Shown one piece after another: positions 1 through 8,870 of a DNA stretch of 63,529 nucleotides (position 1 is its first letter; every line of letters begins with the position of its first letter). The position numbers and the translations under genes were made by a program. This DNA is from an uncultured Aminicenantes bacterium. GTDB taxonomy: Bacteria > Acidobacteriota > Aminicenantia > UBA2199. The notes under the pieces were generated by a model, which was given only the letters and a program-made list of their open reading frames with translations, searched no databases and had not been told where the DNA came from. Location of the stretch: positions 1 to 63,529 of the forward strand of contig CBDAFS010000006.1 in assembly GCA_965195285.1 (NCBI GenBank), given 5' to 3'.

Positions 1-39
1 TGGAATATTAATTGGAAAGAAATAAAACACGTTTGCTAA
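1..39 (+). CDS. 3' end of an upstream (cassette?) ORF, partial
   Basis: Open frame WNINWKEIKHVC* whose TAA (37-39) lies inside the TGCTAAC box of the following attC-like site, as is typical of gene cassettes. Confidence 0.35.
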   Translation, partial: WNINWKEIKHVC

Positions 40-165
40 CACGCGCTCATAATTAATTGCCGTTTCGGTAGTAAATTCAAGGGTTGTAGCCCGCTTCAAG
101 TTCAGTGTAACTCGACAGGAAAGCAACCCACAATCGGCAACTAATCATTGCGCAAACCGTTGAGA
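34..165 (+). mobile_element. attC-like recombination site (long type)
   Basis: Starts TGCTAAC (R''-like) and ends GTTGAGA (R'-like); nested imperfect inverted repeats GCGC/GCGC, TTGCCG/CGGCAA, GGGTTG/CAACCC. Confidence 0.6.
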
Positions 166-183
166 ATAAGAAATGAAAGAAAC

Positions 184-253
184 ACATAACAAATCGTTGT
201 GCCTGACATTTTTTTGCTCCAATCCAAAATGCATGTGAGCTCAGTCGTTTAGT
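184..253 (+). mobile_element. attC-like recombination site (short, degenerate)
   Basis: ACATAAC...CATTTT/AAAATG...GTGAGCTCAGTCGTTTAGT resembles ~70 bp attC sites ending GTGAGCTCAnnCGTTAG. Confidence 0.5.
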
Positions 254-327
254 ATAAATTTTTAAAATTAAAAAAAGTTGACAGATACGTATTGTTATGT
301 TTTATTTAGTACATATGGGAGATAAGG

Positions 328-573
328 ATGGATTCCAAGCTTACCTTGAAATTAGACAAAGACGTCATTAATGCGGCTAAAAAATACGCAAAAGAGAGAA
401 ACATGAGTTTATCTAAAATGATTGAGAAGTATTTTGCATATTTGGTTGAAAGGGAAAAAGGAAATAAAAAATACACACCTTTGGTTAAAGAGCTATCGGG
501 GATTATTCATTTAGAGAAAGACTTTGATTTCAAAAAAGAATATGGCCGATACCTCTCTGAAAAATACAAGTGA
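328..573 (+). CDS. RHH-type antitoxin (DUF6364-like)
   Basis: KLTLKLDKDVINAAKKYAK...SLSKMIEKYF and C-terminal YLSEKYK; overlaps a PIN-like start (GTGA); TTGACA at 278-283 followed by ATACGTAT palindrome 285-292. Confidence 0.8.
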   Translation: MDSKLTLKLDKDVINAAKKYAKERNMSLSKMIEKYFAYLVEREKGNKKYTPLVKELSGIIHLEKDFDFKKEYGRYLSEKYK

Positions 574-620
574 TAAACGAAATCTTCGTTGATACCGATA
601 TCATTTTGGATCTTCTTTGA
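570..620 (+). pseudogene. truncated PIN (VapC-like) toxin remnant
   Basis: GTG at 570 overlapping the antitoxin stop reads (M)INEIFVDTDIILDLL then TGA TGA; matches the PIN N-terminal hhhDT(N/D)hhhD motif. Confidence 0.7.
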
Positions 621-668
621 TGAAAATGATGGATAAATTGCATGTTGAGCAAACTTTTTAAGATCTGG

Positions 669-3437
669 TTAAAAGGATTCACCGATTCTCAGATAGAAGA
701 CGGGCTGATGAGCCGGATGCCGGCCGATGGCCACCCCCCCGGAAATGGTTACCCGCCCTCCCAGAAATAAAACCACATTCAGCTCTGTTCCCAGGGAATA
801 GGCGGGATTTATCTGTTTTTCATCTTCCCACATGTTCCCGACATCAACGAATACCGATATATAGAACCTTTCCACGCGCTGGGAAATAAAGATTGATCTT
901 TCCATTTTTCCCAGGGTTAAACGGTATTCCAGATTCAACAGGAAACCGCCGGTGCCGCTGAAATATCCGGAAGGATATCCTCTCATCAAGTTAAATATGC
1001 TCCCACCGGCAATATGATAGTCCATTTTCGAACTGGCGCCGCCCATATAAATAAATTTTTTCCCCTGTCCCCATGAATCACTGATTCCCAGACGGAGTGC
1101 CAGGACATTGGGTTTGGAAAAGGTGATGTATTGCTTGTATTCCAGGGCCAGTGTGTTTAAATCAAAGTCACTCCCCATGAATTCAAAATCCCTTGAATAG
1201 GTTAGTGACAATGCCAGGCCATCGGTCTGGGAAAAGGAATCATAATAACGTTTTGCAGATTTAAAAAGAAATCCCAATTTCAGGCCATTCAGATTCAATT
1301 GGAATTTCCGGTCTGGAGAAAAATAATTTTCTGTGATTCTTTCGAAATGAATATTGGAGTAAAAATGGGATTGATATTTTTCTGAATAAATCAACGGATA
1401 AAGACACGCCAGCTCCAGCAATTTTGTTGAGTAGTAATATTCTTCATTGTTTTCACCACGGTTGAGATCGGTAAAATCGATGGCATTGAGTATAAGGGTC
1501 GGATACATTCCTTCAAAGGTATATTTGAAACTGAGGTTGACGGAATCGGTGATAAAACCGTAAAATCCCTGAAAAGTGAATGTATGATTGGAGGGGACAT
1601 CATTGCCGGATATGATGATTCCAGGTTGAATTTCATTGCCGGCATATCGAAAATTAAAATTCAGGTATTTGGGTAGCAAGTCTCTTAAAATGTTATATTT
1701 TTTTTCTTTTACGGGTGCGGGGGTTGTTTCCCTTTCTGTTGGTTGGTTTGAGTTCTTCAGGATTAAGTCCTCTTTTTTTAAATCGGATAAATCCAGCAGT
1801 CCCAGGTTGTATCCGCTGGCATCATAATAGGTGAGTAAAACCTCCTCTGGGTTTGGTAATATAGTGAAATATCGAATAGCAGGTAATCCGCTTTTTGTGT
1901 ACACAAAGCCACGCCCGGATTTCAGGTTGACCATTCCCAGCCGATAGTATTGTCGGTGCTCCGAGACAAAATAAATCTCATGATTGTTTTTCCATTGGGG
2001 GTAATAGTTTTTTCCTTCATTGCTCACTAAAGTATTGATCAACTTACCTTCCAGATTAAACAGGGCGATTCCCCAGCTCTCGTTTCTCCTTTTTAAGGAA
2101 ACGGCAATGGTTTGATGGTCAGGAGAAAGAGACAGAAATGACATTCCCTCAAATCCTTTCGAAATGATTTTTTCATTACCTGTATTCAGGTCAAAAATCG
2201 CCAGATATGATTTGCTTTTTTTCCGCTTCACGCAAAAAATATGTTGACTGCCCGGGAGTCGAACCGGGTAAGATAGCCTCCTTCCCTGGCTCAACTTTTT
2301 CAGCTGCTTTGTCTGCAGGTCAAACCGGTACAGGTCTGAAAATTTATAATATGCTTTGTAATAGTCAATGGCAGAAAAATAGATGTTCTGATTCCGGGTG
2401 TCGAAAGACATTCCGTTTATGTTTGATTGATCGAGCAATTTTTTTTTATGTCCGGTTTCCAGATTGATTTCCCAGATGCCCGGATAGTTCTCATAATCCT
2501 GATATACATAAAGGCCTCTGTTATGATCAATGACCAGGGGGAACTTCTTTGACATTCCACATCGGGTCAGGGGAGTGAGATTTTCGTTTATGGCAGCAGT
2601 CTTTGATACCTTTATGCTGTTTCTGAAATCATTCCAGAGGGGCGTTAACCATTTTTTAAAAAATCGCTTATACCGGTATGAGGATGAAAGATAAAAGAAT
2701 TTCCTGGCATAATAGCGGACCAATTCGGGTATTTTTTCTTCCCCGTATCGTTCAATTAAAAAATCGATGAATTTTGAACCAAAGAGATATTTTGATTCCG
2801 GGCCAGGCCAAAAGGTTGGTTCCCCGTAAATGTCATGCCATCTGGGCACTGATTTGGTTCGGGCCATATTTTCCAAAATGATGGAATAATCCGGGGTATT
2901 TAACCGCCCGCCCGGATTTAATCTGGATTCCCCGTATACAGCCATTCCTTCCAGCATCCAGGCAGGCGAGAACATCATGGGATATAGCAGGGGATTATGC
3001 CCCAATATATTTCGGAAAAAACGAATGAATTTTGATCCGGCACTTAAGTTAAAGACATGGGTGAGTTCGTGACTTAATACCATGCGAATCCACTTCCGGC
3101 AATTGCCCAGTGTCGAATCCGGAGAAGGATTGTAAAGGTAGATGACGATCTGATTGAAAGGGAATATAGTGGCGCTTCCGTTCGATCTGTCATAAACATC
3201 GGTAATCAATATTCTGATTTTTTCTGCCACTGAGTTTCCCCAGAGAGAAACAAGTTCAGGATAAAGGGAACGGGCGGTTTGTAATGTATAAGCAGCTTCT
3301 GCTTCATATCCTTCCTGGTAAATGACAATAAAATTTTTTTTACTGATTTCTCTCCATTTTATATCCGGGTGATATTTGGCAAGAAGAGGCAGCACCAGTA
3401 GTGGTAATATCAGAAAAAGAATGACTCCTCTTTTCAC
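669..3437 (-). CDS. Omp85/BamA-like outer-membrane protein with N-terminal HExxH metallopeptidase and beta-propeller domains
   Basis: Start probably GTG 3437 (or TTG 3446) before a signal peptide; LSHELTH plus WMLEG; TolB/PD40-like repeats; MRGY motif and terminal F of a barrel. Confidence 0.7.
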   Translation of the reverse strand: MKRGVILFLILPLLVLPLLAKYHPDIKWREISKKNFIVIYQEGYEAEAAYTLQTARSLYPELVSLWGNSVAEKIRILITDVYDRSNGSATIFPFNQIVIYLYNPSPDSTLGNCRKWIRMVLSHELTHVFNLSAGSKFIRFFRNILGHNPLLYPMMFSPAWMLEGMAVYGESRLNPGGRLNTPDYSIILENMARTKSVPRWHDIYGEPTFWPGPESKYLFGSKFIDFLIERYGEEKIPELVRYYARKFFYLSSSYRYKRFFKKWLTPLWNDFRNSIKVSKTAAINENLTPLTRCGMSKKFPLVIDHNRGLYVYQDYENYPGIWEINLETGHKKKLLDQSNINGMSFDTRNQNIYFSAIDYYKAYYKFSDLYRFDLQTKQLKKLSQGRRLSYPVRLPGSQHIFCVKRKKSKSYLAIFDLNTGNEKIISKGFEGMSFLSLSPDHQTIAVSLKRRNESWGIALFNLEGKLINTLVSNEGKNYYPQWKNNHEIYFVSEHRQYYRLGMVNLKSGRGFVYTKSGLPAIRYFTILPNPEEVLLTYYDASGYNLGLLDLSDLKKEDLILKNSNQPTERETTPAPVKEKKYNILRDLLPKYLNFNFRYAGNEIQPGIIISGNDVPSNHTFTFQGFYGFITDSVNLSFKYTFEGMYPTLILNAIDFTDLNRGENNEEYYYSTKLLELACLYPLIYSEKYQSHFYSNIHFERITENYFSPDRKFQLNLNGLKLGFLFKSAKRYYDSFSQTDGLALSLTYSRDFEFMGSDFDLNTLALEYKQYITFSKPNVLALRLGISDSWGQGKKFIYMGGASSKMDYHIAGGSIFNLMRGYPSGYFSGTGGFLLNLEYRLTLGKMERSIFISQRVERFYISVFVDVGNMWEDEKQINPAYSLGTELNVVLFLGGRVTISGGVAIGRHPAHQPVFYLRIGESF

Positions 3438-3453
3438 TGAATGCAAAAATTTA

Positions 3454-4410
3454 TTATGTAGATAAACCGTTTTGATCAGGTAATATGTTTTCCAGATAGT
3501 GTTCAGCATCCATGGCTGCCATACAACCGCTTCCGGCTGCAGTGATGGCCTGGCGGTAACGAGAATCCTGGACATCGCCACATGCGAAGACTCCGGACAG
3601 ATTGGTTGCGGTAAGCCGGGATTTCTCATTGGAACTGATGATATATCCCTTTTTATCCATATTAATTTGACCTTTGAATAAGTCTGTATTGGGGGTGTGA
3701 CCAATAGCCATGAAAACTCCATCCAGTTTTAGCTCAGATAGTTTGTTGGTTTTGGTATTTTTAAGACGGATTCCGGAGACCAGGTTTTCTCCCAGAATGT
3801 CATCAACTATCGAATCCAGAACAAACTCAATTTTAGGGTTTCCCTTTGCTCTGGAAACCATAATTTTGGAGGCCCGGAAAGCATCCCGACGATGGATGAC
3901 ATACACTTTTTTGGCAAAACGGGTGAGAAAAACGGATTCTTCCATGGCACTGTCCCCGCCTCCCACCACAGCTACTATTTTATCTTTGAAGAAAAAGCCA
4001 TCGCAGGTAGCGCAGGCACTCACGCCCCGTCCCATCAAGGCCCTTTCCCGTTTTAACCCCATCAGGTTGGCGGTTGCGCCAGTTGCAATGATGACACACT
4101 TGGTCTCGTATTTATTACCCCCCTCCCAGATGATTTTGTTGGAGCCGGATAGTTCAACTTTTGTGACATCCGCAGTTATATATTCAGTCCCGAAACGTTC
4201 TGCCTGGGCACGGAATGCAGCCATTAGTTCCGGGCCCAGTATGCCGTCCTTGAAACCCGGAAAGTTTTCGACTTCACTGGTAATCATTAGTTGGCCACCA
4301 GACTGAAACCCTTCAAAGAGAAGTGGCATCAGGTTTGCTCTGGCAGCATATATCGCAGCAGAAAGGCCGGCCGGGCCAGATCCAATAATAATCAGGTTTT
4401 TCTTTTTCAT
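3454..4410 (-). CDS. trxB: thioredoxin-disulfide reductase
   Basis: GSGPAG, CATCDG, GGGDSA, GDV motifs. Confidence 0.97.
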   Translation of the reverse strand: MKKKNLIIIGSGPAGLSAAIYAARANLMPLLFEGFQSGGQLMITSEVENFPGFKDGILGPELMAAFRAQAERFGTEYITADVTKVELSGSNKIIWEGGNKYETKCVIIATGATANLMGLKRERALMGRGVSACATCDGFFFKDKIVAVVGGGDSAMEESVFLTRFAKKVYVIHRRDAFRASKIMVSRAKGNPKIEFVLDSIVDDILGENLVSGIRLKNTKTNKLSELKLDGVFMAIGHTPNTDLFKGQINMDKKGYIISSNEKSRLTATNLSGVFACGDVQDSRYRQAITAAGSGCMAAMDAEHYLENILPDQNGLST

Positions 4411-4453
4411 CGTATAAAATTCACCTCACTTGGAAGGTTGGTTGAAAAATTGA

Positions 4454-4482
4454 ATTTTATTCCATGATATATAAAATGTCAA
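4454..4482 (-). promoter_or_regulatory. sigma70 promoter of trxB
   Basis: TTGACA-17 bp-TAAAAT on the minus strand. Confidence 0.6.
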
Positions 4483-4500
4483 ATAACAGAATGGCTGTAT

Positions 4501-4529
4501 TTGAAAATTAGCTGGTTTCGGCCTATAAT
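4501..4529 (+). promoter_or_regulatory. sigma70 promoter, probably leaderless transcript
   Basis: TTGAAA-17-TATAAT ending 7 nt before ATG 4537; no SD. Confidence 0.6.
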
Positions 4530-4536
4530 GTAATCT

Positions 4537-4986
4537 ATGAATTATGTTTGGTATCACCTAAAACACGATCCCAAATTTTGGGTTAAGGTGGTAATTATTC
4601 CAGCGGTTCTGGCGGCTGCATTATTGGATTTTCTCTCACATATGTTTAAACCCCCGGGGATATTTAATTTATGGTTTATTAAAATAACCGTTGGTGTTGC
4701 GGTTTTGCTGGTCATTGTTTATGGTATATATCTTCATATTAATCCCAGGAGAGAAAAAAAGACGGTTACGGATCAAGCTCTCTTTGAACGTCAGAGGGAA
4801 AGTGATTTCAGAAAGGTCATTGCCCAAAATCCCGGTTTTCAAACATTTTGTTATACCTGCATTCACTTCAACACTGAAATTAAAGCCTGCCGGCTGGATA
4901 TCAGAAACCCAAAGGCCAGGGATATGCCCTTAAATGATCAGTTCAAGTATTGTTTGTACTGGGAGTCGCTGGACCGATCGAGTTAA
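4537..4986 (+). CDS. hypothetical 2-TM membrane protein with C-terminal four-Cys motif
   Basis: Two hydrophobic segments; CYTC...C...C. Confidence 0.7.
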   Translation: MNYVWYHLKHDPKFWVKVVIIPAVLAAALLDFLSHMFKPPGIFNLWFIKITVGVAVLLVIVYGIYLHINPRREKKTVTDQALFERQRESDFRKVIAQNPGFQTFCYTCIHFNTEIKACRLDIRNPKARDMPLNDQFKYCLYWESLDRSS

Positions 4987-4998
4987 ACAGGAGGATAA

Positions 4999-5661
4999 AT
5001 GAAAAAAGTTGCGGTTGTTTTATCCGGTTGCGGGGTCTTTGACGGGGCCGAGATACATGAATCGGTTTTAACCTTACTGGCCCTGGATAGGAAAAATGCA
5101 GATATACGGATGTTTGCTCCGGATACGGAACAGATGGAGGTCATTAATCATTTTTCCGGTGAGTCCACCGGAGAAATCCGAAATGTTCTGGTGGAATCGG
5201 CGAGAATTGCCCGGGGAAACATAAAAAATTTGAAACAGGCCAATATCGAAGATCTGGATGCGGTTATTTTTCCCGGAGGATATGGAGTGGCCAAAAATTT
5301 AAGTAATTTTGCCGTAAAAGGAACCGGATGTGAGGCGAATCCGGTGGTTCAGGAATTTATAGTTAAATGCCTGAATGAAAGAAAAGTAATGGGTTTTATT
5401 TGTATTGCCCCGGCATTATTAGCAAAAATTTCCGGTGATCTGGGCCTGAATATTGATTTGACCATTGGTACGGAAAAACAAACTGCCAATGCCATTAACA
5501 CCATGGGCGCTCATCATATTGACTGTGAAGTCGAAGATATTGTTGTGGATCTGGAAAACCGGATAGTGTCAACTCCCGCCTATATGCTGGGGCAGCGTAT
5601 TGTTGAGGTGGAAACGGGCATTGAAAAGTTGGTCAATAAGGTCCTTGAGTTATGTGAATAA
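4999..5661 (+). CDS. elbB: ElbB/ES1 glyoxalase (DJ-1/PfpI family)
   Basis: LSGCGVFDGAEIHE, PGGYG, CIAP, STPAYM; AGGAGG SD. Confidence 0.93.
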   Translation: MKKVAVVLSGCGVFDGAEIHESVLTLLALDRKNADIRMFAPDTEQMEVINHFSGESTGEIRNVLVESARIARGNIKNLKQANIEDLDAVIFPGGYGVAKNLSNFAVKGTGCEANPVVQEFIVKCLNERKVMGFICIAPALLAKISGDLGLNIDLTIGTEKQTANAINTMGAHHIDCEVEDIVVDLENRIVSTPAYMLGQRIVEVETGIEKLVNKVLELCE

Positions 5662-5723
5662 TTCTCTTTTGGGTCTGTAAAAGGGAATTCTTTTTCAATA
5701 AAAACCGAAAACTAAAAAAAAAG

Positions 5724-5769
5724 TTGACAGAGAGTGGTTTTTATTTTATAATAATGAACAACGTTCTTT
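5724..5769 (+). promoter_or_regulatory. sigma70 promoter plus palindromic operator of tetR-feoB
   Basis: Perfect TTGACA-17-TATAAT, then GAACAACGTTC (5756-5766). Confidence 0.8.
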
Positions 5770-5782
5770 TATGAGGTGATGA

Positions 5783-6406
5783 ATGCAGGTAAAAAAAAGA
5801 GAAATAATGAAAAAAATATTGAAAACCGCCAGGATGGAGTTTAAATTATTAGGATTTGAAAAAACCACCATGCGCTCAGTTGCCAAAAAATCATCTATTG
5901 CCACCAGTAATATTTATAACTATTTCAAAAATAAAGACAAACTTTTTGTCGAAATCGTCAGCCCAACCCTCTCCAAGATAACACTGGCCTTGACCGCTAT
6001 GGAAAAGAAAAAGGATACTCCCGATATTGATTTGCTGAGTTTTGTTTCCATGAAAAAACAGTTAGAAATAGCGATCCGCTTTATTGATACCCATCGGCAG
6101 GACCTTAATTTAATTCTGTTCAAATCATATGGATCCAGTATTCAGAATTTTAAGGAGGAATTTATCAATCGATATTCGGAAATTTTTATCAAGCAGTTGA
6201 AATATTTGGAAAAGACAGGATCTCACTTGAATACACACATATCCCGTTTTTTTCTTCACAACCTGTGTTCTTTTTATGCCAATATTGTGGTTGAAATTAT
6301 CATGCACGATATTTCTTATGAAAAAATGCGGGAATATTCGAGTGAATTTATGACATTTGTTTTTTACGGACAACGGGCCCTGATCGGATTGAAAGATGCG
6401 GAATAA
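5783..6406 (+). CDS. TetR/AcrR family transcriptional regulator
   Basis: N-terminal HTH GFEKTTMRSVAKKSSIATSNIYNYFKNKDKLF. Confidence 0.92.
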   Translation: MQVKKREIMKKILKTARMEFKLLGFEKTTMRSVAKKSSIATSNIYNYFKNKDKLFVEIVSPTLSKITLALTAMEKKKDTPDIDLLSFVSMKKQLEIAIRFIDTHRQDLNLILFKSYGSSIQNFKEEFINRYSEIFIKQLKYLEKTGSHLNTHISRFFLHNLCSFYANIVVEIIMHDISYEKMREYSSEFMTFVFYGQRALIGLKDAE

Positions 6407-6490
6407 CGAATTAAAAAGTCATATTATATCGGCCTTATATATCGAAATAAAAATAGTTGGTTATGAAAGTGCCAACCGTGAGGAATCGTT

Positions 6491-8416
6491 ATGGAATTTA
6501 TACTGGTAGGGCAACCCAATTCCGGAAAGAGCACCATTTTCAACAGTGTTGTAGGATACAAATCTGTGGTATCAAATTTTCCTGGTGTGACGGTAAGTTA
6601 CACCCGAGGTAAAATTTACCTAAATAATGAAAAAATCGATGTGGTTGATATCCCAGGTACTTATTCATTGCAAACTTCGGATGAAGCAGAACTGGTTGCC
6701 GTTGATTATATTCTGAATGCCCCGGCAGAATCGGTTATTGTCAATATTGTGGATGCATCGGTTCTCTCACGAAGCCTCGAGCTAACCCTCCAGTTAATGG
6801 AATTGAAGAGACCGATGGTAATTGTACTTAATATGATGGATGAAGCAGAACGTAAAGGGATCATAATCAGTTATAAAAAGCTGTTCGATATCACCGATGT
6901 TCCAGTAATTGAAACCATAGGAAAAAAAGGTAAGGGCGTTTACAATGTTTTTAAGAAAGCATATAAAGTAGGTAAAGAGAGAATGATTCCCAGAACGATT
7001 GAGGGTCCATTTGAACTTGAAAGGCTTATTTCCAGGCTGGTTGATTTTTTAAAGGTAAAGCGTATCCCTCAAAAATGGAACCATCGATTCATTTCAGTAA
7101 AATTGTTAGAGAGAGATCCGTTAATCAAAAATTTTCTAAAAGATTTTTTTTGCCAATCTGACTGGGAATATATTGATAAAAACCTGGCAGAATTAGAAAA
7201 AAAGCCTAGAAAAAGTTCTGAATTTATCGTTTCATCGGTTCGTCACAACATGGCATTTAAAATTTTCGAGGATATAGCAAGAGTCGGTCACCCTCCCAAA
7301 ATTGGCATTCGGGAAAAAATGGATAATATCTTGATGCATCCGATTTTAGGATATGTGTTTATGATAGGTGCTCTTTATCTTACATTTTCCATTGTATTTG
7401 GTGTTGGTGATGTCATTGAACCTCTGTTTGGCAGCTATTTTGAAAAATTATCGGAATTTTTTGCTTCTCATCTAAAAACCGGCTCATTGCTGTTTTCTGT
7501 GATTGACGGTATTGTCCAGGGTTTTGGCGGAGGGCTTGGTATCGTTATTCCCTATTTGCTTCCATTTTTTATTGTTCTTTCTTTCTTGGAAGACTCCGGC
7601 TATTTGGCTCGAATAGCCTATTTAATCGATAATCTGATGCACCGCATTGGTTTGCATGGCATGTCTGTGGTTCCAATGATATTAGGCTATGGGTGTACCG
7701 TACCGGGTATTATGGCCACCCGCATCCTAAAGTCGCGCAGGGACAAGTTGATTACCGCTACATTGACTACAATGGTTCCCTGTTCTGCGCGTATGATAAT
7801 TATCTTAGGTGTAGCTGGTTCAATTTCAATGGGTGCAGCGGGTCTGGTTTATGTCATCAATATTATCGTCCTGGGTATCACTGGGAAATTGATGTCAATG
7901 GCCATGCCGGAAGTCAGCCCCGGGTTATTATTAGAAATTCCAAAATATCATCTGCCCGGGTTCAAAGCAGTATCAAATAAAGTCTGGTTTCGGATGAAGG
8001 AGTTTGTAATCATTGCCTGGCCTCTTTTAATTATAGGAAGTATTATTCTTGAAATCATTAAATATTTTAATTTATCCGGTTCAATTAACACTTTTTTATC
8101 ACCCTTCACCTCTGGTATTTTAGGGCTTCCAGCGGCAGTAGGTGTGGTTTTACTTTTTGGAATATTGCGAAAGGAATTAGCCTTAATTCTACTAATAACT
8201 GCCCTGGGGACAAAAGAAATTCAAAATATAATGACCACTACCCAAATTTTTACCTTCAGTATTTTTGCCACTTTTTATATCCCCTGCCTGGCCACCTTTG
8301 CAGCACTGGCAAAAGAACTAAAATGGAGAAATGCTTTTTTGATTACGGGGATTACCATTATCATTGCAGTGGTTTTATCTGTGTTCATCCGTTTTGTTTT
8401 TTCATTATTTTTATAA
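6491..8416 (+). CDS. feoB: ferrous iron transporter B
   Basis: GQPNSGKS, DIPG, NMMD G-motifs; LEDSGYLAR, PCSAR, YIPC membrane domain. Confidence 0.96.
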   Translation: MEFILVGQPNSGKSTIFNSVVGYKSVVSNFPGVTVSYTRGKIYLNNEKIDVVDIPGTYSLQTSDEAELVAVDYILNAPAESVIVNIVDASVLSRSLELTLQLMELKRPMVIVLNMMDEAERKGIIISYKKLFDITDVPVIETIGKKGKGVYNVFKKAYKVGKERMIPRTIEGPFELERLISRLVDFLKVKRIPQKWNHRFISVKLLERDPLIKNFLKDFFCQSDWEYIDKNLAELEKKPRKSSEFIVSSVRHNMAFKIFEDIARVGHPPKIGIREKMDNILMHPILGYVFMIGALYLTFSIVFGVGDVIEPLFGSYFEKLSEFFASHLKTGSLLFSVIDGIVQGFGGGLGIVIPYLLPFFIVLSFLEDSGYLARIAYLIDNLMHRIGLHGMSVVPMILGYGCTVPGIMATRILKSRRDKLITATLTTMVPCSARMIIILGVAGSISMGAAGLVYVINIIVLGITGKLMSMAMPEVSPGLLLEIPKYHLPGFKAVSNKVWFRMKEFVIIAWPLLIIGSIILEIIKYFNLSGSINTFLSPFTSGILGLPAAVGVVLLFGILRKELALILLITALGTKEIQNIMTTTQIFTFSIFATFYIPCLATFAALAKELKWRNAFLITGITIIIAVVLSVFIRFVFSLFL

Positions 8417-8457
8417 GTTGCTTTTAAATTGAAAATTTCAAAAAATATATTTTGAGC

Positions 8458-8503
8458 TTGACAAGAGGATGACAATACAATAAAATAAAGAACAACGTTC
8501 TTT
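8458..8503 (+). promoter_or_regulatory. sigma70 promoter plus the same palindromic operator upstream of feoA
   Basis: TTGACA-17-TAAAAT, then AAAGAAC-AAC-GTTCTTT (8487-8503). Confidence 0.8.
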
Positions 8504-8578
8504 TTTTACAGAATGTTGAAACGGGTTTTTACTGAGTTATGATTCACAACCATGAATAATGAAAGGAGCAGGATTTAG

Positions 8579-8806
8579 ATGACCAAGCTGGTTGATTGTA
8601 AAGATAGTATTCAGGTAAAGATTGTAAGCATTAATGCAGGGCGCGGAGCACTGATTAACCTATCCAATCTCGGATTGCATATCGGAAACTTTATTAAACT
8701 CATGAGAAAATCTCCGTTTAAAGGCCCGGTGATTGTTGATCATCAGGGAAGCGAAGTTGCAATCGGGTACGGGCTGGCTCAAAAGATCTATGTTGAAGAA
8801 GTTTAA
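8579..8806 (+). CDS. feoA: FeoA family protein
   Basis: 75 aa with LGL...P.KGP...EVAIG...A.KI.V pattern; next to feoB. Confidence 0.92.
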   Translation: MTKLVDCKDSIQVKIVSINAGRGALINLSNLGLHIGNFIKLMRKSPFKGPVIVDHQGSEVAIGYGLAQKIYVEEV

Positions 8807-8870
8807 TTTCCTGGAAGCAGGGGATTGTTTAAACAAAAAATAAAATGTTCAAACTAAAATACCGAGTCAA

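Noticed and set aside
618-661. Selenocysteine or stop readthrough rescuing the PIN toxin
   Set aside because: TGA TGA AAA TGA in frame and no room for a PIN domain before the convergent gene
3438-3722. N-terminal ~95 aa of the 1017-aa ORF
   Set aside because: Overlaps trxB on the same strand; the signal peptide starts near 3437-3446
3710-4306. 198-aa ORF antisense to trxB, and the many other short overlapping ORFs in the track
   Set aside because: Shadow ORFs of well-supported genes with no motifs
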